This document shows positions 1 to 8,888 of a stretch of DNA of 64,000 nucleotides, in pieces. Position 1 is the first letter of the stretch; each line of letters begins with the position of its first letter. Source of the DNA: a virus; the IMG/VR virus record IMGVR_UViG_3300027969_000058, positions 50,736-114,735 of that record; one strand, written 5' to 3'. The notes under the pieces are model-generated. The model did not search any database. It was given only the letters and a program-made list of their open reading frames with translations, and was not told where the DNA came from. Position numbers and translations under genes: made by a program.

Positions 1-713
1 ATAACTGCCAAAGGATCAAATACAACCACAATTAAAATAATTACCCATGTAACGGCTTTTTCAAGAAGATTAGCATCTGGGTTGTCACCGTAGACAAAAG
101 CCGCGATGTATTTGATTGGTCCTACTTCGGCTTCTACTTTACGTACCTCAGCGGCAATAGGCGCCCTCTCTTCAGATAGTTGACTAATAGTTTTCTGTTC
201 GGCAGTGATCTCAGATTGGAGACGAGTACGTTCTTTTTGCTGTCCTCTTCGAATCGAAACTGCTTTGTCGGCACCCTTTTCATCTTGGCTTCGGCCCATG
301 ACTTGGTCCACAGCCTCATCCATCTGTTTAAGCGCCTTACGGTTCGCATCTATATTATCCTTTGCTGTCTTAATCTTTTCGTCATAGATGGCAATCTTAC
401 TTGTTACGTCGCCGCCGACTAAAGTTTGATCGGTATGTGCCTTACTTAAGAATCCAAAGATACCCATGCTGGTTATAAACATTAGTACAATGATTGCAAC
501 CAACATGTAACTGCGTATAAAGTTAGGAGCTCGTTCCCAGTTAGCTTTAAGCCATGAAGCGCATACTAATTTTGCTATTTCTAAACTACCTCCCATAATA
601 TAGATAGGAATAGTTGCGGCTGCAAAAATAGCGGCCAAGCCAATAACACTATAATAGATGGCCACTCCGGAGATGACAAGGCCAGTAAGGAGTAATAAAG
701 ACGCCAGTATCAT
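1..713 (-). CDS. Membrane protein with N-terminal TM helices and coiled coil (DUF4407-like), runs off window edge
   Basis: Hand translation from ATG 713: MILASLLLLTGLVISGVAIYYSVIGLAAIF...GIFGFLSKAH...EVGPIKYIA...VVVFDPLAV; open to position 1; missing from ORF track. Confidence 0.75.
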   Translation of the reverse strand, partial: MILASLLLLTGLVISGVAIYYSVIGLAAIFAAATIPIYIMGGSLEIAKLVCASWLKANWERAPNFIRSYMLVAIIVLMFITSMGIFGFLSKAHTDQTLVGGDVTSKIAIYDEKIKTAKDNIDANRKALKQMDEAVDQVMGRSQDEKGADKAVSIRRGQQKERTRLQSEITAEQKTISQLSEERAPIAAEVRKVEAEVGPIKYIAAFVYGDNPDANLLEKAVTWVIILIVVVFDPLAV

Positions 714-716
714 TAA

Positions 717-1340
717 TTAAACAGTAGAAACTATTTCCGTTCCGTCTAAAATTTGAACAGAAACATCATCATATACATCGCCATCGGTATCAGGCCGTTG
801 AATTGTAATTGATGACAGTACGCCTGCTGTTCCTACAGTGTCGTATGTATTCCATTTACGTGTATAGCCTGAGGTGCCGCCACGTTGAATACCTTGTGCT
901 ACAAGATAACGTATTGCTTTTGCTGTAGTGTCGATTGTAACAGCGGCACCTGTAGTAGGTGCAAATGTTGTAGCAACTTTTTGAACTGCACCTAATACAA
1001 AATCATCTCTGTCATATTTTACAGTAAATGCAATGTTAGTAGGAACATTGTTAGCATCTGTTGCGCCGGCGCTGGTTACTTCTACATCAATAATTTGAGC
1101 ATCACTATGCTTAGATAACTCTTCAATAATTGCTTGCCAGCGCATATTGCCACGACTTAATCGTAGTGAGTTTACTTCAGATGAAGGTAATGTAGTGTAG
1201 CTATCCCAATTGTAGGGGTTTACTGCGCCATTAGCAGGTGCTGCCGCTGTCCATGTAGCAGTGCCACCGGTCATTGTAATTACCACACGATAAAAATCTG
1301 GTGATAGTTGGTTTGTGTCTTGTTGAAATCCTGAGGCCAT
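717..1340 (-). CDS. Probable virion structural protein
   Basis: 207 aa, T/A/G/V-rich; TAAATA motif upstream at 1366-1371. Confidence 0.55.
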   Translation of the reverse strand: MASGFQQDTNQLSPDFYRVVITMTGGTATWTAAAPANGAVNPYNWDSYTTLPSSEVNSLRLSRGNMRWQAIIEELSKHSDAQIIDVEVTSAGATDANNVPTNIAFTVKYDRDDFVLGAVQKVATTFAPTTGAAVTIDTTAKAIRYLVAQGIQRGGTSGYTRKWNTYDTVGTAGVLSSITIQRPDTDGDVYDDVSVQILDGTEIVSTV

Positions 1341-1361
1341 TTTTTAGCTTCCTATGTTATT

Positions 1362-1778
1362 CTAATATTTATCAACAAAAGTCCAAGTCCTTCTATTAGT
1401 ATTAAGACATGCGGTGTCTTGATAGCTATTAGCTTTGTCATTTATACGTATAAAACTATAAATTCTTCTACATACTGTGCCGCTGGCTGGCCACGTATAA
1501 ACAATTCTTACTTGTCCGTCTGCGTCGTCAATCATACTGCGCCATGTGACAGTTTCACCGTTGTCAAGATTATTTAGCGCATGATTAACGGCTTGTTTAT
1601 GATTATCTAAATCTTGTTTAGATAATGATGTACCAAACCATTTGTTCATTACCCATGCAATGCCTACAGTTTGTGATTCAAACGCAGGACTTTGTGCATA
1701 TACAGGATTAAGGACTAACAGTAGGCACAATTTCCCAAGTACCGTCCCATTTTTTACACGCATAAGTACGTCTTTCAA
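1362..1778 (-). CDS. Secreted protein with 17-kDa surface-antigen-like (RT0821/Lpp0805) domain; start uncertain
   Basis: ALNNLDNGETVTW...CRRIYSFI...TACL...WTFV pattern; signal-like LLLVLNPVYA. Confidence 0.6.
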   Translation of the reverse strand: MKDVLMRVKNGTVLGKLCLLLVLNPVYAQSPAFESQTVGIAWVMNKWFGTSLSKQDLDNHKQAVNHALNNLDNGETVTWRSMIDDADGQVRIVYTWPASGTVCRRIYSFIRINDKANSYQDTACLNTNRRTWTFVDKY

Positions 1779-2025
1779 CTGTTTGTCCCCTTAAATTAGT
1801 AAGGTATCTAAATTCTCCGCAATCTGACGAGATTCCAGTTCGTGCCATAACTATTCGATCAACTGGGTCGTCGGAGCAGATAACAGTAGTTTTACTTGAA
1901 ACATCACTGCCGTTATCTACTTCTACTATCTTCTTTGTATGACAAAATTGTCCTGCTACTTTTTTAGGTGATGAGCTACAGCCTGCGGCTGTAATTATCA
2001 CTGCAAGAACAATTAGCCATTTCAT
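1708..2025 (-). CDS. Lipoprotein
   Basis: Signal peptide with lipobox AAGC; C-terminal ACKKWDGTWEIV. Confidence 0.7.
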   Translation of the reverse strand: MKWLIVLAVIITAAGCSSSPKKVAGQFCHTKKIVEVDNGSDVSSKTTVICSDDPVDRIVMARTGISSDCGEFRYLTNLRGQTVERRTYACKKWDGTWEIVPTVSP

Positions 2026-2495
2026 TGCTTTCTCGCTTTAGATTCTGCAATAAGTTGATCAAATGTAGATTTAGGCATCTCAAGTCTAACAAATGTATAA
2101 TGTTTCCCGCCCATGGTAAAATGTGCAGTTTCAGTACGCAGATGTTCGCGGATAGTAGTATCTTTTACCACATACGAAATTCGAGTTCGTGTGGACTTTT
2201 TATCGTTTACAAAGTTAATCTCAGTTTCACTATTAACTTCACTGTTAATACGCTTGGCAAAGTTGTTCATCGCAATAGCGTACATCTGTTCTTCGGCAGC
2301 CTGTGCATAAACACTTTCTCCACCGCCGCAGGCATTGGCAAATTCTTTCTTCCACCAAAACCAACCTTTAACTGAACTCTGCTGGCATTCTGTATACCAA
2401 TCTGGCATTGCATAGGCTTTGCGTTCTTCTACGGTCTTCATGCCTGAGCAGGCAGTTAGTGCGGCTATGATAGGAATTAAAATAAACTTTTTCAT
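2022..2495 (-). CDS. LPP20-like lipoprotein
   Basis: Lipobox LTAC; PDWY motif; ATGA overlap with next gene. Confidence 0.65.
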   Translation of the reverse strand: MKKFILIPIIAALTACSGMKTVEERKAYAMPDWYTECQQSSVKGWFWWKKEFANACGGGESVYAQAAEEQMYAIAMNNFAKRINSEVNSETEINFVNDKKSTRTRISYVVKDTTIREHLRTETAHFTMGGKHYTFVRLEMPKSTFDQLIAESKARKQ

Positions 2496-2620
2496 TTTGC
2501 CATCTCCTGTGAGTGTGTTTTAATAGTGTCGACTCCTCGGTCAAGCATACGAGCAACGCCCGAGAATCCTACGGTAGCAAGTATTAGTCCAAAGACTGCG
2601 CCAATAACAAAGTTTTTCAT
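2492..2620 (-). CDS. 42-aa membrane microprotein
   Basis: MKNFVIGAVFGLILATVGFSGVARMLDRGVDTIKTHSQEMAK; AAAGG RBS; ATGA overlap with lipoprotein gene. Confidence 0.7.
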   Translation of the reverse strand: MKNFVIGAVFGLILATVGFSGVARMLDRGVDTIKTHSQEMAK

Positions 2621-2666
2621 ATTTGCCTTTCTGTGTGTGTGAAATTAAAAAGCCTCTGTAGCATGT

Positions 2667-2695
2667 ATTATACTATCAGAGGCATTGTTAGTCAA
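2667..2695 (-). promoter_or_regulatory. sigma70 promoter
   Basis: TTGACT-N17-TATAAT upstream of the lipoprotein operon. Confidence 0.8.
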
Positions 2696-2705
2696 TGATA
2701 TTTGG

Positions 2706-3008
2706 TTACTTAAAGAATATCAAAACCATCAATACGCTTTGGATGATAAATCCTACGCCAATTGTGATGACATTGAGCATATCCTTTTGGACTGCGGCTT
2801 TGACAAACATCAAAGTCAATCCTGTCCACATTAACAATATAATGTCTGCGCTGGGCATCTTATCAGTAAGCCCTGCCATCACAGCCAACAAACTTGGAAT
2901 GGTTGCTGAATGGATTACAATTACTGCTAACCAACCCAAAGTTTCGGCAGATACATGGGCGACTTTTTCTCGCACAAATGTTCTAACTGTTTCAACATTA
3001 AAATCCAT
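2706..3008 (-). CDS. Small 3-TM membrane protein (holin or SemiSWEET-like candidate)
   Basis: Three hydrophobic segments; directly downstream of cell wall hydrolase. Confidence 0.5.
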   Translation of the reverse strand: MDFNVETVRTFVREKVAHVSAETLGWLAVIVIHSATIPSLLAVMAGLTDKMPSADIILLMWTGLTLMFVKAAVQKDMLNVITIGVGFIIQSVLMVLIFFK

Positions 3009-3010
3009 GA

Positions 3011-3550
3011 TTATTCCTTATAAAAAATATGACGACCAATTTTACCAATTACTGGCTTACCCCAACCTGGATTAACGTAGTCGGCATGATAGAACATGGC
3101 CTTCTTCATTGTGTCCAAACGGAATCCTTCTAATAGAACTTTTTTAGCAACTTCATAACTTTCATTATATGCTGCCGTGTTCTTAATAATTGCTTTGCCA
3201 CCATTTAGGCAGTACCAGCTAAATTGGCAAACTACTTTTTCCATAAACACATTCTTTTGGTAAACAACGCCGCAGACATCGCTGGGAAATTTTCCAGATG
3301 CTGCTCGATTCATTGTTACCTGTGCTACTGCTACTTTACCTTCGAAGGACTCATATCCTGCTTCGTGGTAAATGTTTTTGGCTAAACAATCTAATTGTCT
3401 TTCTCTATCTTTGGCTGTTATAATTTCTGTCGAAGCCATAGCTTCTAAATTTTCCAGAGACGAAAATTTCCTGGCTGTCACGGTTTGTATCAAACCTGCT
3501 ATTAGAATGAAGCTAATAACAAAGATACTGAAACGTATCATTTTTTCCAT
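3011..3550 (-). CDS. Cell wall hydrolase (SleB/Hydrolase_2) with N-terminal TM
   Basis: CLAKNIYHEA, VAQVTMNR, CQFSW, FYHADYVNPGW, IGRHIFY. Confidence 0.9.
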   Translation of the reverse strand: MEKMIRFSIFVISFILIAGLIQTVTARKFSSLENLEAMASTEIITAKDRERQLDCLAKNIYHEAGYESFEGKVAVAQVTMNRAASGKFPSDVCGVVYQKNVFMEKVVCQFSWYCLNGGKAIIKNTAAYNESYEVAKKVLLEGFRLDTMKKAMFYHADYVNPGWGKPVIGKIGRHIFYKE

Positions 3551-3592
3551 AGTTTTCTCCTTAAGTAAGTAGTTATCTCGAATAGATTCGAG

Positions 3593-3988
3593 TTATCTAC
3601 GCATTTTGCTAATATCAATAGCTTCTTCGTCGCTAAACACCGGTACTGCATTGCTTTTATGCATTGTTGCAATACCTTTAACTTTAGTTCCGGTATAGAC
3701 CTTAGCTGGTGCTAATGTAGCAACACCATTATCCTGCCCTAAACTTTTAATATGGGTTGTTGTTCGGTTAGCAGGAATACTTAGCGAGTAATTCCCTGTT
3801 AAGGGTTCGGCGCACAATGCTCGCTTGCGCTTCTTTTCTTCAGCTTCTACTCCCCATCGTTTTTGAAGCTCTTTCCAATCTTTATCCAATTGCTCGCTTT
3901 TCCTTTTTGCTTCTGCGCTGGCAAATTTTACTTTACCTTTCTTCTTGCCTGTGGTACTGAGCCACGGGCCTTCTAAATGCATTGTCAT
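3593..3988 (-). CDS. Conserved basic phage hypothetical protein
   Basis: YTG...GIATMHKSNAVPV motif; own sigma70 promoter. Confidence 0.7.
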   Translation of the reverse strand: MTMHLEGPWLSTTGKKKGKVKFASAEAKRKSEQLDKDWKELQKRWGVEAEEKKRKRALCAEPLTGNYSLSIPANRTTTHIKSLGQDNGVATLAPAKVYTGTKVKGIATMHKSNAVPVFSDEEAIDISKMRR

Positions 3989-4018
3989 ATTTTCACCAAA
4001 AGTTAAAACACAAGCTAT

Positions 4019-4047
4019 AGTATATAGCCTTGTTCGACTTCTGTCAA
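4019..4047 (-). promoter_or_regulatory. sigma70 promoter
   Basis: TTGACA-N17-TATACT. Confidence 0.8.
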
Positions 4048-4368
4048 CTAAAACGAGTTAGCTACCATTTCGAGCAATTCTTCATGCTCGAAATATGCAT
4101 ATTCTGGATTAAATTCATAAATGCCATCTTCTATGCTTTGCCAGTTTTCTATGCCTAAGATTTCAAAAATCTCATGCTTGCTTAACGGTTCGTCTCGCAT
4201 ATGGCTAACCCAGGCAGCTGTCATCACAGCACAGGCAAATACAACACGATCGCTGTAGACATCATTGGCTTCACACCATTCAACTGTGCGTCGAAGATAA
4301 TACTCTATATCTTCAATTCTGTGTTCTAATTGAGAAATCCAAAGTTTAGTTTGATTTCTTGACCACAT
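4048..4368 (-). CDS. Hypothetical acidic protein
   Basis: Start MWSRNQ just after iscA stop, AGGA upstream. Confidence 0.65.
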   Translation of the reverse strand: MWSRNQTKLWISQLEHRIEDIEYYLRRTVEWCEANDVYSDRVVFACAVMTAAWVSHMRDEPLSKHEIFEILGIENWQSIEDGIYEFNPEYAYFEHEELLEMVANSF

Positions 4369-4369
4369 A

Positions 4370-4696
4370 TTATATCCTAAAAGATTCGCCGCACCCGCAA
4401 CGGTCACGCTCATTTGGGTTTGAAAAGTCGAATCCTTCGTTGAGTCCTTCACGGACCCAATCCATGGTTATTCCAGTTAAGTAAACTAAACTTTTAGCAT
4501 CTATTAATACTACAAAGTCTTTTTGAGCAAAGTTAGTAACACCTTCTTCATATTTGTACTCGTCAACATATTCTAAGGTATAGGCTAAGCCGCTACAGCC
4601 AGTAGTTCTTACACCGACACGGATGCCTACGCCTTTGCCACGGCGCTCTAACGTTTGCTTAATCTTTTTATACGCTGTGTCGGTTACGGTAATCAT
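4370..4696 (-). CDS. iscA: Fe-S cluster A-type carrier IscA
   Basis: TTGCSGLAY, FSNPN, CGCGESF. Confidence 0.95.
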   Translation of the reverse strand: MITVTDTAYKKIKQTLERRGKGVGIRVGVRTTGCSGLAYTLEYVDEYKYEEGVTNFAQKDFVVLIDAKSLVYLTGITMDWVREGLNEGFDFSNPNERDRCGCGESFRI

Positions 4697-5054
4697 TTAC
4701 GGCTGCTTTGATAGCATCTTCTGCTAAAATTGAACAATGTATCTTAACCGGCGGCAGGGCTAATTCTTCGGCAATTTCGGAGTTTTTAATTTCTCCGGCT
4801 TTATCGATGTGCATTCCTTTGACCCACTCTGTAATGAGGCTCGAACTCGCGATAGCCGATCCGCAGCCATACGTTTTAAATTTCGCATCTGTAATAATAC
4901 CTGTATCATGATCCACCTTTATCTGTAGCTTCATTACGTCGCCACAAGCAGGTGCGCCAACCATACCAGTACCAATATCAGGATCACCCTTGTCAAAAGA
5001 TCCGACATTACGAGGGTTTTCGTAGTGGTCTATCACCTTATTGCTGTATGCCAT
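4668..5054 (-). CDS. iscU: Fe-S scaffold IscU
   Basis: MAYSNKVIDHYENPRNVG, APACGD, GCGSAIAS, LPPVKIHCS. Confidence 0.97.
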   Translation of the reverse strand: MAYSNKVIDHYENPRNVGSFDKGDPDIGTGMVGAPACGDVMKLQIKVDHDTGIITDAKFKTYGCGSAIASSSLITEWVKGMHIDKAGEIKNSEIAEELALPPVKIHCSILAEDAIKAAVNDYRNRHSV

Positions 5055-5108
5055 TTTTGTTACTCACTAAATATAAAGTATTTATAACCCCGATTGCATA
5101 TATTCTTA

Positions 5109-5714
5109 TTAAACGTAAATAACGTAGTCTGGATATTTTTGTATACTATCTGTTAATACAGATGCTAAAGATTCTTTAATCAATCCTTGATACATAATTA
5201 ATTGTTTGCTGTGGCCTGGATTAAAGTCTGTAGCATGTTTTACTCTTAGATCATGATACCACCAAGTATTAGTCTCTTCCGGTAATTTTAGATAGTGCTT
5301 ATTACTATTACTATCTTCATACCACCAAGTTTGCGTTGGATTAGTATCAATTAGTATACTTCTTATTGAATTGAATTCAGTGCTCGCTGCAAAATCATGA
5401 TGAGCACCGACCGTATTAACACTTTGCAACACTCGAACTACATGAACTTCCATGGGAAGTTTATCTAAGTTATCAAATAACAACGGAAATAATTCAGGAC
5501 AGTTCACATTGTTACATGTGTACGGCATGATATCACCTGGATCTATACCTGTTTTAACGTAGATATCGAATCCTTTCCAATAAACTTGTCTTGCGTTTTT
5601 TGTCCGTGATGACTTGGTCACAAATTTTTTATTTTGATCCCATACTTTATTCCATACTTCCCAGTCTTTAGGCTGGACTTTGGGGAAAATTAATGGAACT
5701 GATACTGGAATCAT
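5109..5714 (-). CDS. Putative 2OG-Fe(II)/cupin-type oxygenase
   Basis: HxD (AHHD) and distal H (KHAT) with double-stranded beta-helix-like spacing. Confidence 0.45.
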   Translation of the reverse strand: MIPVSVPLIFPKVQPKDWEVWNKVWDQNKKFVTKSSRTKNARQVYWKGFDIYVKTGIDPGDIMPYTCNNVNCPELFPLLFDNLDKLPMEVHVVRVLQSVNTVGAHHDFAASTEFNSIRSILIDTNPTQTWWYEDSNSNKHYLKLPEETNTWWYHDLRVKHATDFNPGHSKQLIMYQGLIKESLASVLTDSIQKYPDYVIYV

Positions 5715-5747
5715 ATTCTACCCCTGTATTAGTAGGGGCCCTTTGAT

Positions 5748-5948
5748 TTATTTCTTGTCTGCAGGCTTACGTTCGTTTTTAACTGCGGTAACATCGTTAC
5801 GAGTTTCTTTGCACAACTTAGCCAAATCTTGGCAATGTTTACGAACACGGGTGCCGGCAGCGCCAACTTCCTTGTCATAGAACTTTTCGAAGTCTGCCTC
5901 CATGGCCTCTACGATTTTTGTGAACTCTTGATATTTGTTTGCTGACAT
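5748..5948 (-). CDS. Histone H1-like (Hc1-family) protein
   Basis: KFYDKEVGAAGTRVRK...LAKLCKETR. Confidence 0.75.
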   Translation of the reverse strand: MSANKYQEFTKIVEAMEADFEKFYDKEVGAAGTRVRKHCQDLAKLCKETRNDVTAVKNERKPADKK

Positions 5949-5975
5949 AATAGTCTCCTTTTGTTATATTAGTTA

Positions 5976-6167
5976 TTACCAGTGATGTAATGTGTTTGCA
6001 ATAATGAAACAACATGTTATCACATGTATGATCACCCAGAACGTCTTTAAAAACAACGCTATACGTGCTTCTCTTAAAGAAAGTATAGGTATATCCGGAC
6101 GATCTTCGTCTGTTTGGCCCATTAAATGACCTGTTGCTCTTGCCCAAACTTTCTCTAAACTATTCAT
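5976..6167 (-). CDS. Small membrane protein
   Basis: 63 aa with C-terminal TM; ATGA overlap. Confidence 0.7.
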   Translation of the reverse strand: MNSLEKVWARATGHLMGQTDEDRPDIPILSLREARIALFLKTFWVIIHVITCCFIIANTLHHW

Positions 6168-6661
6168 AGTATAGGAAATTGTCCGTCAAGCCAGGCTTTG
6201 CAGTCTGACCAATTTTTATAAATGTGTGATTTTCCACCAGCTTCGATCCATTCTCGACAATTAGAGTGTCTATCGTCAATTAGGATATCTTCAGGACTTT
6301 TGCAGTATCGCCACTTGTCGTGACTAAATGGTCCAAAGAACACTGGAATACCGGGAAAGTGAGAATTTGCCCACCACACTTTATCCTGTGCCGCAAATGG
6401 CATTGAGTAATCATGTGGTAATGCTGTTAAGAAATATAGTCCACATCCTGTCTTAGCATGATGTGTTCTACACCAATTAACTAATTCAGTAGCGCCGGCC
6501 ATCAACGGCAAGTTACGATAGAAACGCATGTCGTCTTTAACTTTATCCCATTGTTCTTGTGGAATACGATCACCATCTTTGTTCCATCGTAGTTTAAGAA
6601 CTTGTTGTGCGTGGGCATGCCAATCAGCAACAACATCGTCCATGTCTAAATAAATGTTCAT
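6164..6661 (-). CDS. 5'(3')-deoxyribonucleotidase (HAD, NT5C-like)
   Basis: YLDMDDVVAD, FLTA, ILIDD. Confidence 0.85.
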   Translation of the reverse strand: MNIYLDMDDVVADWHAHAQQVLKLRWNKDGDRIPQEQWDKVKDDMRFYRNLPLMAGATELVNWCRTHHAKTGCGLYFLTALPHDYSMPFAAQDKVWWANSHFPGIPVFFGPFSHDKWRYCKSPEDILIDDRHSNCREWIEAGGKSHIYKNWSDCKAWLDGQFPIL

Positions 6662-6667
6662 GTAAAC

Positions 6668-6696
6668 ATTATGCTTTCATCTGATAAAAAGATCAA
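6668..6696 (-). promoter_or_regulatory. sigma70-like promoter, near-leaderless
   Basis: TTGATC-N17-CATAAT, 6 nt before ATG 6661. Confidence 0.55.
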
Positions 6697-6697
6697 G

Positions 6698-7003
6698 TTA
6701 ATTGGCAAACACGTCCGGTGAACCAGCAGTAATTGCACCGCTGTCAGTTGAGTCGCCTACTCGTGCAACTGCAATGTTACCAACAAACACACTGCCTGAG
6801 CCAGCGTTAATTGCGGCAGAATGTGCAACACATCGTCTTCCACTTTTAATAGTATGAGCTGCTGTAGGATTTCCTACACATTCAACTGGAATACCATTGG
6901 CAAAGACATTAGCGCCTGCACCTGTTGGTCCTGTAACCGTAGTAGAACCGTCACAGCTATGTCCTGTAGTTGTTGGGTCTCCGTCTCTGGCTATTGCTGG
7001 CAT
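6698..7003 (-). CDS. PAAR baseplate spike-tip protein (T4 gp5.4-like)
   Basis: PAIARDGD, H/C metal ligands, AVARVGD, GSPDVF. Confidence 0.9.
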   Translation of the reverse strand: MPAIARDGDPTTTGHSCDGSTTVTGPTGAGANVFANGIPVECVGNPTAAHTIKSGRRCVAHSAAINAGSGSVFVGNIAVARVGDSTDSGAITAGSPDVFAN

Positions 7004-7008
7004 ATTGA

Positions 7009-7323
7009 TTAGGTAATTATACTGCCTGCTGATACTGGTTGAATACCAGTTGTTTGAAACAAGTACTGTTCAGCAATTTCTTTTACGGTTGTTCCACTTA
7101 GCATCACGGCTGCTTTATTTATAGTATAGTCAGCTTCCGGAGTAACTGTCATCATCACTGGTGCCATGGCCGGACCGTTTTTAGTCATAGCCAGCATAAC
7201 CGGCCTTGCTATAGTGAAACTGGTCATGTCTTCTTTGACATATTTTCCAATGAGTTCATCGCCGGTGATTATTTTTAAACTTACGATATCACCCGCATCA
7301 AATTTTGATTTTTCTAATAGCAT
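7009..7323 (-). CDS. Conserved phage protein, Sm/SH3-like fold
   Basis: GDIVSLKIITGDELIGK...YLFQTTGI. Confidence 0.65.
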   Translation of the reverse strand: MLLEKSKFDAGDIVSLKIITGDELIGKYVKEDMTSFTIARPVMLAMTKNGPAMAPVMMTVTPEADYTINKAAVMLSGTTVKEIAEQYLFQTTGIQPVSAGSIIT

Positions 7324-7324
7324 A

Positions 7325-7567
7325 TTAACCTTTAAGTGTGTTAAAAAATTCTTCGTCTTTATCAGCAAGGCCTTGAAAGCCTCCGGGCAATAGCACGCCG
7401 TCTTTAAAAATTTGTGGAACTGAGCGTAGTCCTTGATCTACTAAAAACTCTCGGGCACCAGGTTCATCTTCCATTTTAATTACAGTAAATGGAATTTCTT
7501 TGCTTTCTAATAGTGCTTTTGTTCTGTCGCAAAATGGACAGTTATTTTTTGAATATACAGTTATCAT
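7325..7567 (-). CDS. Glutaredoxin
   Basis: CPFC, SVPQIF, GGF; next to nrdB. Confidence 0.95.
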   Translation of the reverse strand: MITVYSKNNCPFCDRTKALLESKEIPFTVIKMEDEPGAREFLVDQGLRSVPQIFKDGVLLPGGFQGLADKDEEFFNTLKG

Positions 7568-7584
7568 ATGATCTCCTTGTTAGA

Positions 7585-8685
7585 TTATAACACAGGCAGT
7601 GCATCATAGTCAAGTGTTTCACTCATGATACCAATTACATAGTTTGTACTTTCGTTCTCTTGCAATGCTGTCTGCTTCTTGCTGGTATCGACGTGCTTGT
7701 TAAACCAGGGAATAGGAGTTGACTTAGGAGCACTGGTTTGATACTTGATACCAATATCTTTTAACGCACCGACTGCTGTGTAGTCAACAAAGTCACGTAA
7801 GATGTTTGCGTTGAGTCCAATAACTGGACCCATCTTAAACAAGTAAGTAGCCCATTCTTTTTCTTCACGGATAACATCTATGTACAATGCATACACTTCT
7901 GCTTCACATTCTTGTTTAGCTTCGGCAAAGCGAGGGTCTTCTTTGATTACTTGATTGATCAAATACGCTGTCCAGCCTTTGTGTAGCAATTCATCTTGTA
8001 GGATCAAGCTGATGATGTTACCGTTGCCCATGAATATCTTATTCTCTACCATGGCCAATGAAGTTGCAAATGATACCATAAAGCGGAATGCTTCCAGCGC
8101 ATAACTTGCATGTAACGCTAACCAGATTGCTTTGATATATTCCTTTTCAGGTATAACTTCGCCAAGTTCTTTACGACAGTTGATAACGTGTAGTTTGTCA
8201 TAGTAGTTGCCTACTGAACTGGCCATGTCTACAATTTCTTTAGTGTCGTGAATAGTGTTAAACACATCCTTAGGCACATTGTAGATATTTCTAATTATAT
8301 GACTGTAGCTTTTGCTGTGGATGTTGGTCTCGAAGAAACCCCAATTGTACATGAGTGCTTCTACTTCGGGGAGACTACACACAGGAGTGAATACCTGTGT
8401 TGGTCCACGACCTTGCAAACTATCAAGTGCTGTTTGACGTAGCAAGTTACTGGTGAAGATATGCTTGACTGCTTCACTTGCATCTTTAAAATCGTTTGAA
8501 TCTTTAGTAAGACTGATCTCTTCTGGTTGCCAAAAGAAACCACGTGCTGTGGCTTCAAAGTCAGCAATTTTTTTGTATTTGATTTCTTCAAAGCGTTGAA
8601 TGGTAACTGGGCCTGCTGGGTCCAAAAACATCTTACGATTTAAATAATCTGTTTTAGTTGTTAGATTATATTGTTGTTTACTCAT
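7585..8685 (-). CDS. nrdB: Class Ia ribonucleotide reductase beta subunit
   Basis: FFWQPEEI, LDSLQ, ETNIHSKSY, LEAFRF, DELLH, C-terminal QENE..Y. Confidence 0.97.
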   Translation of the reverse strand: MSKQQYNLTTKTDYLNRKMFLDPAGPVTIQRFEEIKYKKIADFEATARGFFWQPEEISLTKDSNDFKDASEAVKHIFTSNLLRQTALDSLQGRGPTQVFTPVCSLPEVEALMYNWGFFETNIHSKSYSHIIRNIYNVPKDVFNTIHDTKEIVDMASSVGNYYDKLHVINCRKELGEVIPEKEYIKAIWLALHASYALEAFRFMVSFATSLAMVENKIFMGNGNIISLILQDELLHKGWTAYLINQVIKEDPRFAEAKQECEAEVYALYIDVIREEKEWATYLFKMGPVIGLNANILRDFVDYTAVGALKDIGIKYQTSAPKSTPIPWFNKHVDTSKKQTALQENESTNYVIGIMSETLDYDALPVL

Positions 8686-8879
8686 TGATGTCCTCTGTGA
8701 ATTAATTGATTAACCATGTTGAGATCAAACTCCAACTTAGAGATTCGATCTCGTGCCTGTTGATATTCTTCACTGTGAACATCGCCGTTGTTTACCACAA
8801 TATCTAAATACATCTCTGCGGCACGGTCGTGTGCTGTTTTAATATCGTGTTCTAATAATACTCTTCTATCTTTTAACAT
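8682..8879 (-). CDS. Hypothetical helical protein between nrdA and nrdB
   Basis: 65 aa; AGGA RBS; ATGA overlap with nrdB. Confidence 0.65.
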   Translation of the reverse strand: MLKDRRVLLEHDIKTAHDRAAEMYLDIVVNNGDVHSEEYQQARDRISKLEFDLNMVNQLIHRGHQ

Positions 8880-8888
8880 GTCAATTCC

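Noticed and set aside
134-422. Short ORFs at window start
   Set aside because: They overlap the real edge-truncated minus-strand gene 1..713.
6698-7003. T6SS/eCIS locus
   Set aside because: Lone PAAR fits a myophage spike tip; no tss genes.
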